Below, in pieces: positions 60,820 to 64,000 of a DNA stretch of 64,000 nt (the stretch's first letter is position 1; every line of letters begins with the position of its first letter). Both the position numbers and the translations under genes were made by a program. This DNA comes from Microthyrium microscopicum (taxonomy: Eukaryota), in NCBI GenBank assembly GCA_010405405.1, contig MU004230.1, positions 2,638,627-2,702,626 on the forward strand. The letters are read 5' to 3'. The notes under the pieces were generated by a model. That model did not search any database and had not been told where the DNA came from. It saw only the letters and a list, made by a program, of their open reading frames with translations.

Positions 60820-62482
60820 GTAAATGGGTATTATTACGTAGGAATAAACAACGTTATACAAATTTTCCCTATACTCATTTTTAGATTGCGATCTAGTGTA
60901 TTTTAACTATAATTTTATTAAATAATATCTAAAATAGACTCCCTTTAAGAAGAATTAACTATAATAATTACTATAGTAGTAGTACTATTAATATTATATA
61001 TTGCTATAGAAGAAGAGCTTTAAGAATAACATTATAGGCCTTTACTAGAATATATTTACTATAATTAGAATCTAGAAAATAGATCTAATTGCCTAATAGT
61101 AGTAGAATATTAGTAACTGCTTTAAATTAGTAGAGGATAATATCTGTAGTACTAATTAGTATATAATAGATTTAAGAAGCATAAAATCCTAGAGCTAGTA
61201 GAGCTGTTTGATCTTAAGAATCTTCCCTTATCTAATTGTTTAAAGCTACTATAGAAAGGGCCCTTTCTACTTTATATAGTATTATATAGGTTATTAAAAA
61301 TCTATACTTATGACGACATCTATTAGTACTTTAGTAGAAGTGCTATATATTTAAAGAAGTGCTTTAATAGGACTATAACTTATCTTAATTAAAGATATAC
61401 TAATACTCTACTAAGATTCTACTTATTATTAAATTTATAATAGATCTATGTCTATAGCAAGATAATTAATAGGGCTAGTAGTAGTAATATATACTAGGGT
61501 TATATTAACGATACGTATATTAACGTTTATAGGCTAATAGGTTATATCTAAAGGTTATTATATTTTAGATATAATAAAGTATATTATATTAAACACTAGG
61601 TAGTTTGTTGCCCTAACGGATTAATAATAGCAATAGATTTATTACATCTAGGAGCTTTAAATAATCTAAGAATATTATTAACGTTAGGTCTTAAAGAATA
61701 ACTTTAAATAGTTAGTATTAATTCTATCTAGATATAAATATAACTTACCTCTTTAAATATTTAATAGGGGCTAAAAACTACTACTATATAGCAATGTAGC
61801 ATATCTAAATAATAACCTAATAATGTCTCTCTATATAGGAATTCTTATACTAGTATAGAGAGCGTAGAATAAGAAAATATTAAAATACTACATATATATA
61901 AAATAGGTATTTAGCAATATAAAAGCCTTATTTAAGGAAGAGACATCTAATTTTAAGTTAGGCCTATAGATAGGATTAATACTAGTTAGAGCGTATATAG
62001 TAGTATTATTCTTACTTACTAACTACTATACTTATTATTATAGAAATATTATTTCTACACGCTTTAGGGTAAATCTACTAACTATTAATAAATATCTTAA
62101 TCCTAGTAGTATATTTAATAGTAGGATACTATTAGATTATTTATAAGAAGATAATTTAAATAGTATAGAATAGTTATAGTAGTTATTAAAAAAGTAGATA
62201 TTACGGAGTAAAGTTAGATATTCTTACTAAAGGAGGGGAAGTTAATAGGGTAGGGTTAGCTAATTATTTAACCTTTCTGTGCACTTTTAAAGCTTTTAGT
62301 ATCTATCGTAATATTTCTATAAAAACTAGATTCTACCTTTACTACTAATTTATATAAGAAACACTAGCTTAACCTTTATAATTATAATTAACCTAAAGAC
62401 TTCCTTAATAACTCCTTTATCTCTATTATCTCTAAGCAAGCTACCTTTACTTCTTTCCTTAATTCTACAACTTTACTTCCTT

Positions 62483-62514
<32 letters not shown>

Positions 62515-64000
62515 ATTCTACTACTAATAACTATATTATCTTAAGTTCTAGACCTATTTAAATTAAGACGTTCTAACTATTAAATTAAGCTATTATAAAT
62601 ACTTATAATTCTATTAACCCTAGATGTTGTAATGATTCCTTACAATGCTGTGTCGAAAGAGATCTTAGTGTTGTAAGATCACGCGCTAGACCCAGAGAAG
62701 GTTAGCGCGTCTAAGGTTCTACTAAGCGAACTTACTTTCCTTATAGATCCGTAGTGGTTCTAGATCTTTTTCCTCTCTCCTTTGTACGTAGATTCTTAAA
62801 TACTAGCTAATTATCTACTTACTTTAAGTCCTATTGCTTATTATATAATCTACGTACTATAAAACTGTTACGCGCTTATATTACGTATTAAAAAGCTTTA
62901 AATTAGCGTAGGTAATATTCTATTGCTCTCTATATAGGTAATATTCTATTGTACTAAATGCGTAGAACTCTAAAATTTTAAGCCCTACTCTAAAATCTAA
63001 TAACACTATAGCTAATTAGCGTATTAGGATTTCCTAACACTAGTTGTCCTAATTAGCGTTAGACTAATAAAAAGGTTTAAGCTTTAATTACCCCTCGATT
63101 GCTTATGTATAGGAATACTAAATTTGTCCTCCTTACTACAATCCCTCTAAACACTACCTTTAAACTAAAATTATTCTTAACTTTAATCTCTTTTATAACG
63201 CTCGTTAATTAAAGACTCTAAAAGCTAGCAAGAAATCTATTGCTATTATAAGTAATTAAAACCTTTTACTACCTTAGGGTAAATGTAGAATAAATAGTTA
63301 TCTATACTAATTTCCTTTACTCTAGCATAAGGCTAATTAGCCTAATTATCATTAATTCCTATCTTCTTTACATTACTTATTAATTTTAGGTTACTCTTCT
63401 ACTATGCTAGATATTAGCTAGTTAGATACTTAGGATACTATATAGATCTCACAATCTATAGAGAAGCTACCTATACATAACTAGGAACTATAGAAATTAT
63501 TAGCAAACTTTAATAAAGATAATAACGATTAGTTGCTTAGACTATTATAAAAAGAAGGCAAAGGTAAAGCCCTAATCTAAAATGATGAAGAATCTAGAAG
63601 TAAAGAGGACGATGAAGTTACTAAGATCTATAGAATCTTTAAAGATAACACAAGTTTACTATAAGAGATTATTAAATAATTAGCAACTATATAGAAGAAC
63701 CTAAAATTAGTAGACGTTCTTCTAATATTTAAGAGCTACTATATAGTTACTATAGACTTAAACTATATTATTAATCTCCTAGTAGATTATAAACTATTAT
63801 AATTTTAAGCTATAGCGCGCCGCGTAGCGCCTAAGAAAGAAGGCTAGAAGTTAGAGCTTACCCTACTAATAGCACAAAAGACTTTAAATAATTTAGAACT
63901 ACTATATTACAATTACTTTATTATCTAATTTAGCTAAGGCCTTACCTATACTCTAAAAGGCAGCCTAGACCTAGATAAGTTTATTATAATATTATTTAAC
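60820..64000. mobile_element. RIP-degraded transposable element cluster (probably LTR retroelement remnants)
   Basis: Abrupt switch to very AT-rich DNA saturated with TpA/TAG/TAA and depleted of CpA/TpG. No ORF >=60 aa in the track. LTR-like starts TGTTG (62625) and TGTTACG (~62865). Confidence 0.8.
62483..62512. repeat. (TAC/CTA)n microsatellite inside the RIP region
   Basis: About 10 perfect copies read directly. Confidence 0.9.

Overview
Gene-dense, intron-containing DNA from a filamentous ascomycete. The flanking gene order is most consistent with a Dothideomycete-type MAT neighbourhood, but the taxon is inferred, not proven. The left end holds a MAT1-1 mating-type idiomorph: an alpha-box gene (MAT1-1-1, 2628-3706) and a second 5-exon gene of unknown family (5028-6377). 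These lie between an NVJ2-like PH/SMP-domain gene and the MAT-linked block APN2-COX13-APC5-CIA30-mitochondrial carrier-SNX3. I saw no SLA2 and no MAT1-2-1 HMG box in the window. The middle carries mostly housekeeping genes: SUR7, RAV2, MET1, YAE1, SNU23, a PL4 lyase, an EI24/RRT8-like gene, PTC7, PRP4, a fructosamine kinase, an SDR, a GH47 mannosidase and MED20. Several lineage-specific genes sit among them. The last ~3.2 kb is an AT-rich, RIP-degraded transposon relic. Most notable: (1) the unassigned idiomorph gene; (2) an alpha box lacking its usual intron; (3) a 172-codon AUG-free in-frame extension inside a ~690-nt ATG desert upstream of a coiled-coil gene; (4) an orphan gene with twin 53-nt introns and one in-frame TAG. 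All exon boundaries were read by eye from GT..AG and branch-site signals and have no transcript support.
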